From contig NC_043007.1 of assembly GCF_006345805.1 (NCBI RefSeq), positions 57,102,001 to 57,166,000 of the forward strand: DNA of 64,000 nucleotides, read 5' to 3'. A program made the translations under genes and the position numbers. This document shows, piece after piece, positions 26,594 to 39,213 of this stretch. The stretch comes from Octopus sinensis (lineage: Eukaryota). Under the pieces are notes generated by a model. The model worked only from the letters and a program-made list of their open reading frames with translations, was not told where the DNA came from and ran no database searches. Within the stretch, counting starts at the first letter, position 1, and each line of letters begins with the position of its first letter.

Positions 26594-26676
26594 TTCTCGA
26601 CATATGTTTCGAGGGCTGCATATTCCTAATTTCGAAGGAATAAGGGGTGCATTATGCCGCCTTCTCATCAGGAAAA
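26594..26676 (-). ncRNA. Type I hammerhead ribozyme with intact canonical core and extended stem II
   Basis: Minus strand reads TTTTC-CTGATGA-GAAGGC...TATTCCT-TCGAAATT-AGGAATA-TGCA-GCCCTC-GAAAC-ATAT-GTC-GAGAA. All core nucleotides are present, stem III is the palindrome ACATATGT, and the cleavage triplet is GUC. Confidence 0.82.
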
Positions 26677-27535
26677 ACAAGGAACTTATGTCAGCATCAA
26701 GATGAACAAAAACTTTTAGATGACTGCCCACACGGAGCCCATAGCGATAATGAGTGTTTCTTTAAAATATTCCGTTATAAGTAGTGACGTCAAAAATGGT
26801 TGAATGTAGAAGATTCTAGAATATATATATATAGTACCATTAATCTTTTACTTGTTTCAGTCACTAGCCTGCGGCCATTCTGAGCCTTTGAAGATTTAGT
26901 CGAAAGAAACGTTTATAATATTCTCTTTTAACCCTGGTACTTATTCCATCCGTCTCATGTACCGAACCGTTAAGTTACAGGGACGTATACACCCCAACAC
27001 CGGTTGTCAAGCAGTGTTGCGGGACAAACACAGACTCAAAGACACACACACGCGCGCGCCCACACACATATTTACGCTTCTCTTACACGTATCTGTGAAG
27101 TGATCAACCACTTGCACGTTAATTTCACAAGCAGTTTGTTTCCTTGCTTGGATCAGTTGGAATCCTTGTCGTCGTAATCGATAGAGAGCCAGTTAATCGA
27201 TGAGATAAAGTAGCTACCAAGTACAGAGATTGATTTAATCCATAACCCCAAGATTCTGACCTTGTGTCTATGTAAGAGATTATCATGAAATTATCATTAT
27301 TATCGTTGCTGTTATTATTGTTGTTTGTTTGCAGAAAACGGTCACGTTTAACAGCACTTCACTTAGACGATATTTTCTTCCAAGTCTAATTGATGACAAA
27401 AATAAGTTTATTTGGTTCTTTTATCCCCAATTAGGGGTTCGTAATACTGAAACCCACTCCACTGAGTCCATGTGTTTTTTAAAACATCCATTTTATTTTG
27501 TTTATTGGTCAATATGTCCACTTATGTTGTAGCAG

Positions 27536-27798
27536 GTGGAGGAGATAACCATAAAAGTAGTAGCAACTACATTATTTTTAAATTCAAAAACATTGAAAAA
27601 CAAACAATTGTAAACAGAAACAGTTACAAGGGAAAATCCATCAAGGAAAAAGTAACAAAAAACTTAAAAGACAATGACAATAACAAAAGTATCAGGACCA
27701 ACAACAACGATACCTTATTGTTTGCTAGACATCGATTAGTTCAAGGCAAAGAAAAGAACAAGGAAACAGTGTTACCCGAGGAATTTAAAAATGAAAGG
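27536..27798 (+). other. Non-repetitive open reading stretch with splice-like flanks (candidate exon, or relic LINE ORF1)
   Basis: TAGCAG|G acceptor-like and AGG|GTGAGC donor-like sites bound an ~87-codon open frame (GGDNHKSS...EEFKNER). No recognisable domain. Confidence 0.25.
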
Positions 27799-28714
27799 GT
27801 GAGCAAGAAATACTCTTGCGTTGGAATAAATAGTTGGGTGTTAATATGCACCCTTCAAAGAAGAATAAAAAGAAACTCAAGTGGATGTGTGATAGGATAT
27901 GTATAGTCCATTGATTGGAACAAGGGATTTGGAAGCATAAGCCTGTTTTTTTTTAAGACCAAAGATGAGATAAAGTTGGAACCACAGTACATGGGGAAAA
28001 GAACACTAATACAACGCTCTCTGTTGATATATACAAACTAATTACATACGATGTCCCCTTAAATGAACCTGTCTTGCCAGCCAATTTTTACTGTTCTCGT
28101 CAACGCTACAATGTCTCACCAGTAAAGTCCCACACTAATCATAATCCTTTCTCATTTGAATAGCAACTCTCTCGAAATGCGGATTTTATGTGCGGAGTAA
28201 GAGAAGAATAAACGGTGGTGTTATCTATGTAAAAATGAGTTTTATTAGTGGCAACAGCAAGTAAGTCAGCAGTGTACAAGAAAGTATTGTTGTACACCAA
28301 GTTGATGAAATATGTGTCAAAGAGAGCCCCAAACATACATTTTGTGATTATATAATCTGATATAAAGCGTTTCCAAAAGAAACGAGAGTCAGATGAAGCC
28401 CATAGGCAAGCAGTTTAAATAGGCGAAATTTGTGCCGATCATGGTCAAATATTTTGCTGACGTCAAGTGCTACTATACTGTTTCAGTGAAATTATTCAGG
28501 AGCCAGAAGCCATGTGACGTGGTTGGCTACGTCTGTAGTCGTTCTGAATCTACTGAAACAATACTCTAAGAGCTTGAATTCCTCAGGGAGCTGGAAAGTG
28601 TTAAGCTATAATATGAGTCGATCTAACGTATAATATCCTGTACACCATGTTTTAACATTACACTGGAGAAAACAGGAGTCTTAAATTTCAGCCATACCAA
28701 CCGAGAGAACATTT

Positions 28715-28890
28715 ATGTTGTCGTCTGAGATGTTAGAAATAGCAAGTAGATATTCCTCAAATTACAAACTACCGTCTTAAAAAGGATACATTGCATAATG
28801 TAATTCTAGATATGTTTGAACTAAAAATAAAAACGAAAACACAAAAACAAAAAAGATAGAATGGTTACGACTGGGATTGAACAAAATCAA
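28715..28890 (+). repeat. Unclassified interspersed repeat (AGAAATAGCA...CTCAAAT...ACCGTCTTAAAAA family)
   Basis: Related segments at ~56210-56290, ~57230-57370 and inverted at ~20840-20865. Confidence 0.45.
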
Positions 28891-28974
28891 CAATCAACCA
28901 ACCAATCGGCCAATCGGACAACCGGTCAGTCAGTCAGATGATCAAAAATATGTAAATAAATAAATAAAAACACC

Positions 28975-29135
28975 TCCCAACCAGCCAACTAGCCAGCCAG
29001 CCAGCCAGCCAGCCAACGAGTCAACCGCCAGCCAGCCAGCCGGACAGCCAGCCGGACAGCCAGCCAACCAGCTAACCAGCTAACCAGCTCACCAGCCAGT
29101 CATTCAGCGAAGCTAACGAACAAACCAACCAGCCA
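28975..29135. repeat. (CCAG)n/(CCAA)n compound microsatellite
   Basis: Direct reading. Confidence 0.9.
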
Positions 29136-29784
29136 TTTTCTTAGATAATCTACGAATTGAAGAAGCCATGTTAGTCAAAGATATATGGACACCGTTTCTT
29201 TATCATTTAGTCAAGAAATTGCCATCTCTTGTCAGACAAGGTTTCTCGCCTCCGGTCATCAAATCTCGTTTATGAACACGTGCTGCGCACTGGTGCGAGA
29301 ACTGCAAGTAAAAGAAGGTTCCTAAAAGACGATAAAAAGAGGAAGATGAAAAGTGAAAGAGTGAGAGAGAGGGAAGAAAGTCAGACAGAAAGAAGTTTTA
29401 GAAATATAGAAAACATGGATGTGGAATAAAGTGTTGATAAAAGTGTTTCAGTAGGGGTGGGGGAGAGACAAAGAGAGTCACAGAGACAGAAAGAGAAAAA
29501 GAGAGAGAGAGGACAGATAGAGAGTAAAAGAAAGAGAGAGAGAGAGAGGGAGAGAGGGATAGACAGAGAGTAAGAGAAAGAGAGAGAAAGGGCTAGCTAG
29601 ATTGAGAGACAAACAAAAATGTAAATATAAGGAAGAGAGAAAACTAGTAACGACAGAGGTAGGTTATTATAAAAACACAGAGTATAAAATAATTATGGCT
29701 ATAGATATGTGTCACAGTGACTGTGTGCTTGTTATACATACATCAGTAAATAATCATACATACATACATATTTACGAACACGTA

Positions 29785-29839
<55 letters not shown>

Positions 29840-29941
29840 ATATGTCTGTGTATGTATGTACAATTGTATGTGTGTGTGCACGTTCCTCCGTTTTCTACTT
29901 GTTCATGTATCTGTGTATATGTGAGTTGCATGTGAATTTGT

Positions 29942-29986
<45 letters not shown>

Positions 29987-30154
29987 TCTGTGTGCATACT
30001 TTTCGTGCTTGTGTATTTGAGTATACTTGCCTATCGATGTTAAAGTGTGTATTCTTTTACATTTATGCATATTATTTGTGCGGCGATCGAACATGCATTT
30101 GTCTACGTATATACATTCTAGCGCACAGTCATGTACATATGCATGTGTGTGGGC

Positions 30155-30227
<73 letters not shown>

Positions 30228-30396
30228 GTTATATATATAGATATATATCTTCAAAGATAGTTCGAGGTTGTGAATCCAACCAACTAAGGAATAGTATCTA
30301 CCCTATGCTTGTAGAATAATTAATACACAAGTGTTGGTTGTTGCGTGGCAATTACCCTATTAAGCAAGGGTTATAAGTAGTTTTACCTTTAATTTA

Positions 30397-30666
30397 TATG
30401 GTAAGAAGAAAATGGAGGCAATCCAGAGGTAGTATTCATCAGCCGTTAGACATTATGTCTATTTATTTTAAACAGTTCAGATTATATATAGATACATGTG
30501 CAAAGCACTAATAATTTCTAGAATAGAGAAATCTAGAAATTACTAATATTTTATACATGTATTTATATATTATTTGAACTGTTTAAAATAAATAAATAGA
30601 CATAATATAATGTCTAACAGCTGATGAATACTACCCCTGGATTGCCTCCATTTTCTTCTTGCCATA
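30397..30666. mobile_element. Foldback (fully palindromic) MITE-like element, ~270 bp
   Basis: 30397-30522 and 30532-30666 are reverse complements (TATGG(T/C)AAGAAGAAAATGGAGGCAATCCAG.GGTAGTATTCATCAGC.GTTAGACATTA...TTTCTAGA), with a 9 nt loop and TA at both outer ends. Confidence 0.8.
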
Positions 30667-30815
30667 CATACATACATACATTCATACATACATACATACA
30701 TACATACATACATACATACATACATACATTACATACATACATGCATGCATGCATACATACATACATACATATACATATATATATATACATATATATATAT
30801 ATACAATATATATAT

Positions 30816-30885
<70 letters not shown>

Positions 30886-31475
30886 TATTTAGCAGAAGTA
30901 ACAGTAACTCAAGGTCCAAGAGTTTCGTGTGTTAGCATATATCAAATTTATACTCATATTTTGAATTGTATTTTTCCTGTTTGCACCAACATACCTACAT
31001 ATATATATATATAATTTTATTTGCTAAATTAAGTCAGAAACCATGGTCTAGGAAATAGATGGTAAATGTTTTTATTTTTCTTTCCCTTCGAGAATTTATC
31101 CTTTATTAGTGGTTTGGATTTTAGCAGTTCCTTCTAGCGTAAGGGATTCCTATGATGGAAACCTCTTAATGTGTTTAAATGTACACCGTATTTTATATGA
31201 ATAATATATAGTCTATTGACTAGTTTTTCTACACGCTAGGCCACTGGTAGTAAAACTTTCTAATATCTTTATTACCCTGATATTATATATACATATATAT
31301 ATATATATATACAACAAGAAATAATATTTGTCTCTTCTAATAGAAACAAAAGGGTTTATAGGACTGCAAAAGAAGTGCTCAAATATAAATGAGACAAAGA
31401 TAAAGAAGCATTGGTTATAGAACATTAAATTTGGGTCAACGACTTTACATACAACACCACCCCTCAAACATTTAA

Positions 31476-31986
31476 TCTCTCTATATAAAACTGAGAATGT
31501 ATGTCTGTCTGTCTTTGTGTTTCCCTAAAACTTGAGAACTACACAACCAATTTCATTCAAATTTTACACAGGCCTTACTTAGGGTCAGGGGAGTGTCATC
31601 GGCAAAAACATTTTAACTTTTTGCCTAGAGCGAGCCCACAGCAATATCATATTTTCTCCCCTATTTCAGTATTACGTGTTAAAAGTGAAACATAAAACAT
31701 TTCTCTATTTTATGTCAGATGCTTTCACTTTAACAATAAAAATTAGAGATAATAATAACAATTGAATTATATGTAGTAAGTAATAATTAAAATCAAACTA
31801 AAGTATAATATAATCGTAACATAACAAAAGTAAAAATAGCAATTGATATAAAATTGCATCAATGATTTGAACTTGAATAAGTGGTTTCACATGAATGGGA
31901 ATAAATTAAAATTAAAATTAGTGTGTAGAAATGGAATAGTCCAGATGGAGCTGTGCACATACCGTTTACCACGGCTTTTACATTAG
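31476..31986 (+). mobile_element. Possible non-autonomous Helitron/Helentron
   Basis: Starts A|TCTCTCTATATAAAA followed by TGTCTGTCT and ...AACCAATTTCATTCAAATTTTACAC (typical of these non-autonomous elements). Small hairpin CCGT-TTACC-ACGG at 31962-31974, ~10 nt before a degenerate CTAG-like end (CATTAG). Confidence 0.4.
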
Positions 31987-32204
31987 ATTATTTGCTAATT
32001 AGCTAGCATTAAGTATCTATATGAAGTTTGGCTGTGTGTAATGTCTGTTTTCTCGAACAGCCGCTTCTACTGAGTACTGTTGTTGGTTTATTTCTTATAT
32101 ATATACATACACTTATATATATATATATACACTCATATATATATGTGTATGTATAATATATATATATATATGCATGTATGTGTGTGTATGTATGTATATA
32201 TACA

Positions 32205-32390
32205 TGTGGAGACGCTTGGGTTACCGGTTAAGGTGTTGGACTCATGAGCATAAGATTGTGGTTTCGGTTCCTGGACTCATTTCACGTTGCTCCAATCCAG
32301 TCAGCTAGCAATAATGAGTTATCCTGCGACGGACCGGCCCTCGCATCTGGGAAGTGGGGAATATATACAGCTCGAAAATTGGGAAACCAA
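32205..32390 (+). mobile_element. tRNA-derived SINE (third family)
   Basis: A/B-box-like head (GGTTAAGGTGTTGGACTC...GGTTTCGGTTCC) followed by a CTGCGACGGACCGG core. Confidence 0.55.
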
Positions 32391-32551
32391 CCCTATATAT
32401 CGTTTGTGCTTACCCAATTTCACTCTTTAGATATAACTCCACCCGAAAATGACATAATTATCACGCATGTAGTCGAACGCCCGGGTCTTTGTGGTTCTTA
32501 ATTTCTTAACCATCCAGCTTATGCATCGCTTTACACCCCTCCACAGATATA

Positions 32552-34011
32552 CACTGGCCAGAATAAGTTAAAGATCGATAATGACAGTTCTATTCCTTCA
32601 TTAATGTATTTTTAACAAAACTGTATAAAATTATTTCACTTGTTACAGTTTATATAGAATATTTTTCTCTTTCGAATGATATATGCCTTATATATATTTC
32701 TACAATTCGAATAATTTTATTGCGCAATTAATTCAAATGACTAGAAATTGTCGGCAAAATAAGTTTAAGACCGTACCAAGTTTATGCAAATTAATAAGGC
32801 AAATGGGTGGTTATATGGCTGGCCGTACTGCACTGTTTTGTTTAATAATCGAGCGTTGTTATACATTAATTCGCTCTGGGAAAGCCTTGTAGTATCAGCC
32901 CAGATACTATATCAAAGATTGTGTTGCTTCATCAGCAAAATGTGTCCTTCATGAACATTAGCAAGTAATTAGGATGCAGCAAAACGGCTTGTGTTCAAGC
33001 ATGGAAGCTTTACCAAGCCACCGACCAATACGAAGGTCGGCAAAGAACGGGCGCTTCGAGAAAAAACAACAGTACAGATGGATTGACGAATTCATAGGCT
33101 CTCTGAAGGTAAACGAATGCTAACAGCAGTGAACATTTGCAAGCAATTATCTGATGAAACTGACATCTGTTTTACACCACAAACTGTCAGAAACCGCCTA
33201 AAAGAATTTAGACTTTTCGGCTGGGTCGCTCGAAAGTAGCCGAAAATTCTGAGACAAACCGGCAGAAATGGATCAAGTTTGCTAAAAGCCATATTGAACG
33301 GACGGACGAAGACCGTCAAAAGTTCTTTGATGGCAGACTGAACAGATTGGGCTATCTGCAATTAGTAAATGAAAATGTGCTGCCATATTTAAATAATCAG
33401 ATGCCAACAGGATCTATTTTCCAGCAGGACAATTGCCCCGTTCACAAGGCTAGGAAAGTTTTGCAATATTTTGAGCGCAATAACATGGTTGTTATTGAGT
33501 GGCCTCCGCAGAACTCGGATTTGAATCCGATAGAAAATTTATGGAATTATGTTTCTAAAAGAGTTCATGCTAAAAGAAACCCAACAAATTTGTCCCAATT
33601 ATATAATTTTATTAAAGAAATATGGCAGAGCATTCCAAGTGATTTTTGTGCTCATTTTGTCGAACTCCATGTCCCGCAGTTGTAAGGCCGTAATTAAAAA
33701 TAACGGCTATGGAACTAGATATGAATAATAAATTTTTGTTCGTTGATCATTTGTGCCGTAAATTTTTAGTTTGAACAAAATAATGTTGGTACGGTCTTAA
33801 ACTTATTTTGCCGACAATTTTTTATCATTTGAATTAATTGCGCATTAAAATTATTCCAATTGTAGAAAGATATATATCGCCTGTATCAAACAAAAGAGAA
33901 AAAATTCTAAATAAAATGTAAAAAATAAAATAATCTTATACAGTTTTGTTACAGATAAATTAATGAAGAATAGAACTGTCACCATCGGTCTTAAACTTAT
34001 TTTGGCCAGTG
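32552..34011 (+). mobile_element. Tc1-family DNA transposon with IR/DR-type long TIRs, internally deleted transposase
   Basis: TA|CACTGGCCAGAATAAG...CTTATTTTGGCCAGTG|TA; ~225 bp TIRs with inner repeat GGCAAAATAAGTTTAAGACCG. Transposase pieces include TPQTVRNRLKE and IFQQDNCPVHKA...WPPQNSDLNPIENLW (DD34E). Confidence 0.95.
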
Positions 34012-34221
34012 TATGTGTGTATATAATTAGTGGTTTCGGATTGTATTCGGGAAGACTGCACTCAAAAAGAAAAAAAAAAAGAAAAAATAAAGGGAAGAAT
34101 AATTCAAATACCAGACAGTCGTACGACTGTTCCAATGCTTTCTATTATTTTTAAAGGATGCCTTCTGAAAAATTGCAAAGACAAAGAATACATATCTATG
34201 TTTATATATGTATGCGCATGC

Positions 34222-34265
<44 letters not shown>

Positions 34266-34465
34266 GCTCAGGCATCGTTGTGTGGTTAGAATTTTGCTTC
34301 TCAACTACATAATTCCGGGTTCAGTCCCAGAGCGTGGCACTTTGGGCAACTATAGCTTTGGGCCGACCAAAGCGATCGATAGAGTAAGTACCAGGCTTAA
34401 AAAATACAAGTCCTGGTCGCAGTCTAACGACTGAAATAAGTAGAGAGATACATGCACACACACAG

Positions 34466-34532
<67 letters not shown>

Positions 34533-35233
34533 AACAAACACACATACACATAAAACGATGATGAGCTCAAACAAAGAATACAGGATGGTCACTGACATGT
34601 AATTCAACAATAAAATTAGGTAAAGGTATATTAAATAATACAGATGACAAATAGCTGATTCACTGAAATAATCTTACCCTCCGGAGAAAGTTGGCCAATC
34701 GATCAAATAAGAAAGGGAGAACCAAAAATCAAGAATTTGCCAAACTTGACAAGACATTAAGAAGAGAAAGAATAATCTAATTATCTGAAGACAAAGAGAC
34801 AACAGTTGGCGCATGTTTCTGCTTAAATCGGCGTTATAAGCACAGTGATTATCCTACTTTATCTTCTGCAGACAAGACATTTGGATATGTACAAAAAAGA
34901 GGTAGAATGCACTTTGGTCTTAAATTATTTACATAAAGGGAAATAACCCAACGTGGCCTATGGTATGAACTTCAACAATAAACACAGATAAGGGTATATT
35001 AAATAATATATAAGCTAAATTGACATAATCTCTGCTTCTAGAATGGGTAGACCAATCGCTTGATGGTAATTGCTAACCATTCTAAATGAGTAGAGTAGAT
35101 AATCACAGAAATCAAAAATTCCCCAAAACTAACATGCGGTTAATTAAAAAACGGTCTGATTGTCTGAAGACAAGAGTAATACATACATACATACATACAT
35201 ACATACATACATACTACATACATACATACATAC

Positions 35234-35750
35234 AAAAAAGAAAATAAGTGCTCTGAATTATTGAAAAATTTACAGTTAATCTATCCAGACTACAAGTTGA
35301 GGTTTATATATGAAATTATTGGAACACTGGGATATGTAACATACTGCCTAAATACCAAGAAATTAGGCTTCTCAAGACCAGGAAGGAGAAAGCTGATTCA
35401 AAGACTACAGATCTAAAAATGTGTAAACTTTCCAGAAGTTAATCATTTAAGTATATATGAGCATGTCTAGACATGCAACTATATTCATGAGAATACATAC
35501 ATAAAAAAAACATACAAATCTGCACATATACATGCATACATACATACATACATACATGCATACATACATACATACATACATACATACATACATACATACA
35601 TACATACATACATACATACATACATACATACATACATACAAAAATACCCTGTTGATATTGTTGTAAGTCTATGGATCTAGTCTTGAATCTAGATTAGAAA
35701 CCTGCTTTCTCTATTGGCTAGAAATATTGAAATATAACTGAATAATGGCA
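35234..35750 (+). mobile_element. 3' end of an R4/Dong-like (restriction-like endonuclease) LINE within (TACA)n
   Basis: KENKCSELLKNLQLIYPDYKLRFIYEIIGTLGYV...KLGFS..RRKLIQRLQI resembles the K..KY..L..E...PIIIGALG RLE C-terminus. Preceded by (TACA)n and carries (TACA)n in its 3' UTR. Confidence 0.6.
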
Positions 35751-36339
35751 TACAGGCATACATTCGCATGTATATATGTATGCAGGTCTGTCTGTCTGTG
35801 TATTTCTGTTTTTTTACGGGTAGGAATAATTGTTGAAAATTTCATTTTAATTACCTACAGAAATCAATGATCACATTCTTTTTTAAATGTGGATCTTTTG
35901 ATGGATTGTACTTTATAAAGAGCTGCAACAACGGAGGATGTAGATGCTCTAAAGTGATGGTGATTCACTGTTGCAGACTCACGTGAAAGCTCGACGGCCG
36001 CAACGAAAACATATTTGATCAAAACAGGTTGTTTACATAAATCAGCCTCATTTGGAATGTTGTCTTCGCCTTTTTTGTTTCCGTTCTTATTAACATACAT
36101 AGTTGCTCATGCTTGTGTATGTGTGCATGTTTGTGCGCACATACGTACAAACGCATATATGTGTGTGCGTGCGCGCGCGTTGGTAGTGCACTATGAATTT
36201 GTAGATAGGCTCTACGAAATAAAACTTTTGAGAGTTATTAATATTTTTCATAGTTTCCCATTTGCAACGAACGACTTACGTTTCATGCCATGAGAATGAT
36301 ACCTGGTTTAGCTTAGATCAAGCCATCGCCTGATCTAGC

Positions 36340-36850
36340 TCACTTACTACTCACTTATTCACCCACTCACTCACTCACTCACTCACTCACTCACTCATTC
36401 ACTCACTCACTCACTCATTCACTCACTCACTCACTCACTCACTCACTCACTCACTCACTCACTCACTCACTCACTCATTCACTCACTCACTCATTCACTC
36501 ATTCACTCACTCACTCACTCACTCACTCACTCACTCACTTACTCACTCACTCAATCAATCATTCACTCGCTCATTCATTCACACACTCACTCATTCACTC
36601 ACTGTTTCCCTCATTCATTCACTCATTCACTCACTCACTCACTCACTCACTCACTCACTCACTTACTAACTCACTCACTCACTCACTCACTTACTAACTC
36701 ACTCACTCACTCACTCACTCACTCACTTACTCTCTCAGTCACTCATTCACTCACTCACTCATTCACTCACTCATTCACTTATTTACTCATACTTTTCCTC
36801 ATTAACACATCCAATTACTTACACTCTTACTTTCACTCATTCATTCATTC
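36340..36850. repeat. Long (ACTC)n/(ATTC)n tetranucleotide satellite
   Basis: Direct reading, ~500 bp. Confidence 0.95.
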
Positions 36851-37287
36851 ACACCTTCGCTTATACAAACAACGCAGTTATTCACACACTCACCTACTTG
36901 ATCTCGCACACGCACAGACACATCCCACCAAACATACACACACACACGCACGCACATACGATTCAATGTTACGGTTGACCCCATCCCCATCTCTGAATTA
37001 ACAACAACAGCAACAACAACAAACAAAACAAAAGACAAGTGAACTGAACCTGGCCATGTAGTTTTATCTTCGGGCGAAATACCAAACTGTAATTCTTTAA
37101 AACATTGGTAGGTTTTCCCATGTCATTCTGCAACGTCAACAACAAGAACAACAGCAGCAGCAGCAACAACAACAACAACATTAACATCAACAACAACATC
37201 AATAACAACAATGATGACGACGACAACTACAACTACAACAAAAGCAACAAAAATATTCATGATATATAATTGTTGTTTGTCGCAAAA

Positions 37288-37375
<88 letters not shown>

Positions 37376-37621
37376 ACACACACACACACACGCACATGCA
37401 TAAATACATCTAGATACAAGCTTACGCTAACATACACAAATACAAAGACATAAATACACACGCACACATGTAAACACAAACACACATATACAAATACATA
37501 TGTGTAAAAAAATATGCACCAGAACAAACAACGTACATATACAAACAATATACACATAGTGAAACCCATACAGACAGACAGGTAGACAGACTAACAAAGA
37601 ATGGACCCGAAAATGGTTTTG

Positions 37622-37652
<31 letters not shown>

Positions 37653-37782
37653 CTTCTTCTCTTCTTCTTCTTCTTCTTCTGCTTCATGTACATGTAACCC
37701 CAACCCAGGCAACGCGCGACCTGTACCTATAATAGCGTCTACATCCCAAAATCCTTGTAGTAAATAAATGAAATCTCGTATG

Positions 37783-38284
37783 TTGGTGAGCTGGTAGAAC
37801 TGTTAGCACGCCGGGAAAAATGCTTAGAGGCATTTTGTCCGTTCTTCCTTTTTGAGTTCAAATTCTGCTGGGTCGACTTTGCCTTTCATCCCTTATGGGG
37901 TCGATAAGATAAGTACCAGTTGAGTAGTGGGCAGGAGTAGTGGAGGAGCATCGTAGCCATATGTTGAGAGGAATTCTTCGGGGTTTCAGTAATTCCCTTC
38001 TGGAAACATGGGTGTTTTGTTCATCGTCCTTAAACAAACTTTGTTCAGAGACCTTTTGAATAAGGGAGGGGGTACTTGACTTGAAGAAAAATCGAATTAA
38101 GCCCCACCTACAAGGTCATGCGCTGTTTATCTTGATATGAGATCACAATGTCGCATATATATAATTGTGATACATGTGCCTGGTGTACCCTTTTCAGTTG
38201 GATGAGGGGGTATATTGGGCTTTGTATATTTGTACCCCAGTGTCACTTTGATGGCATGCATTGCTTTCTCACACAATAATGATA

Positions 38285-38345
<61 letters not shown>

Positions 38346-38352
38346 TAATAAC

Positions 38353-38440
<88 letters not shown>

Positions 38441-38536
38441 TAATAATAATAATAATAATGATAATAATAATAATGATGATGGTTTCAAATTTTGCCACAA
38501 GGGTAGCATGATATATAATTGTTGTTTGCCGCAAAA

Positions 38537-38573
<37 letters not shown>

Positions 38574-38830
38574 TCATTCTTTCGGGGTCGATAAATAAAG
38601 TACCAGTTACGCACTGGGGTCGATATAATCGACTCAATCTCTTTGTCTGTCCTTTGAGAGAGGAGATGAATCGATTACTTTGACCCAGTGTTTCATTGTT
38701 ACTTAAATTATGGACCTCGAAAGGATGAAAGGAAAAGTCAACTTTGGCGTAATTTGAACTCAGAATGCAATGCCGGACGAAATACCACTGAGCATGCTAA
38801 CAATTCTGCCAGCTCATAATAATAATAATG

Positions 38831-38888
<58 letters not shown>

Positions 38889-39178
38889 TGATGATGATGA
38901 GGCAATAAGAATGGCATTTAGAGGAGCAAAGATTAATATTTCTTTATTGCCCACAAGGGGCTAAACATAGAGGGGACAAACAGAACAGACAAAGAGATTG
39001 AGTCGATTATATCGACCACAGTGCGTAACTGGTACTTTATTTATCGACCCCGAAAGAATGAAAGGCAAAGTCGACCTCGGCGGAATTTGAACTCAGAATG
39101 CATTGCCAGACGAAATACCACTGAGCATGCTAACAATTCTGCCAGCTCATAATAATAATAATGATAATAATAATAATG

Positions 39179-39213
<35 letters not shown>

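Noticed and set aside
29190-29310. Strong minus-strand acceptor (CTTTTACTTGCAG) before a GC-richer patch
   Set aside because: The polypyrimidine tract is supplied by a GA microsatellite, all three frames stop within ~100 nt, and there is no clear donor.
30614-30640. CTGATGA inside the 30.4-30.7 kb foldback
   Set aside because: No downstream GAAA, stem III or NUH in register; not a hammerhead.
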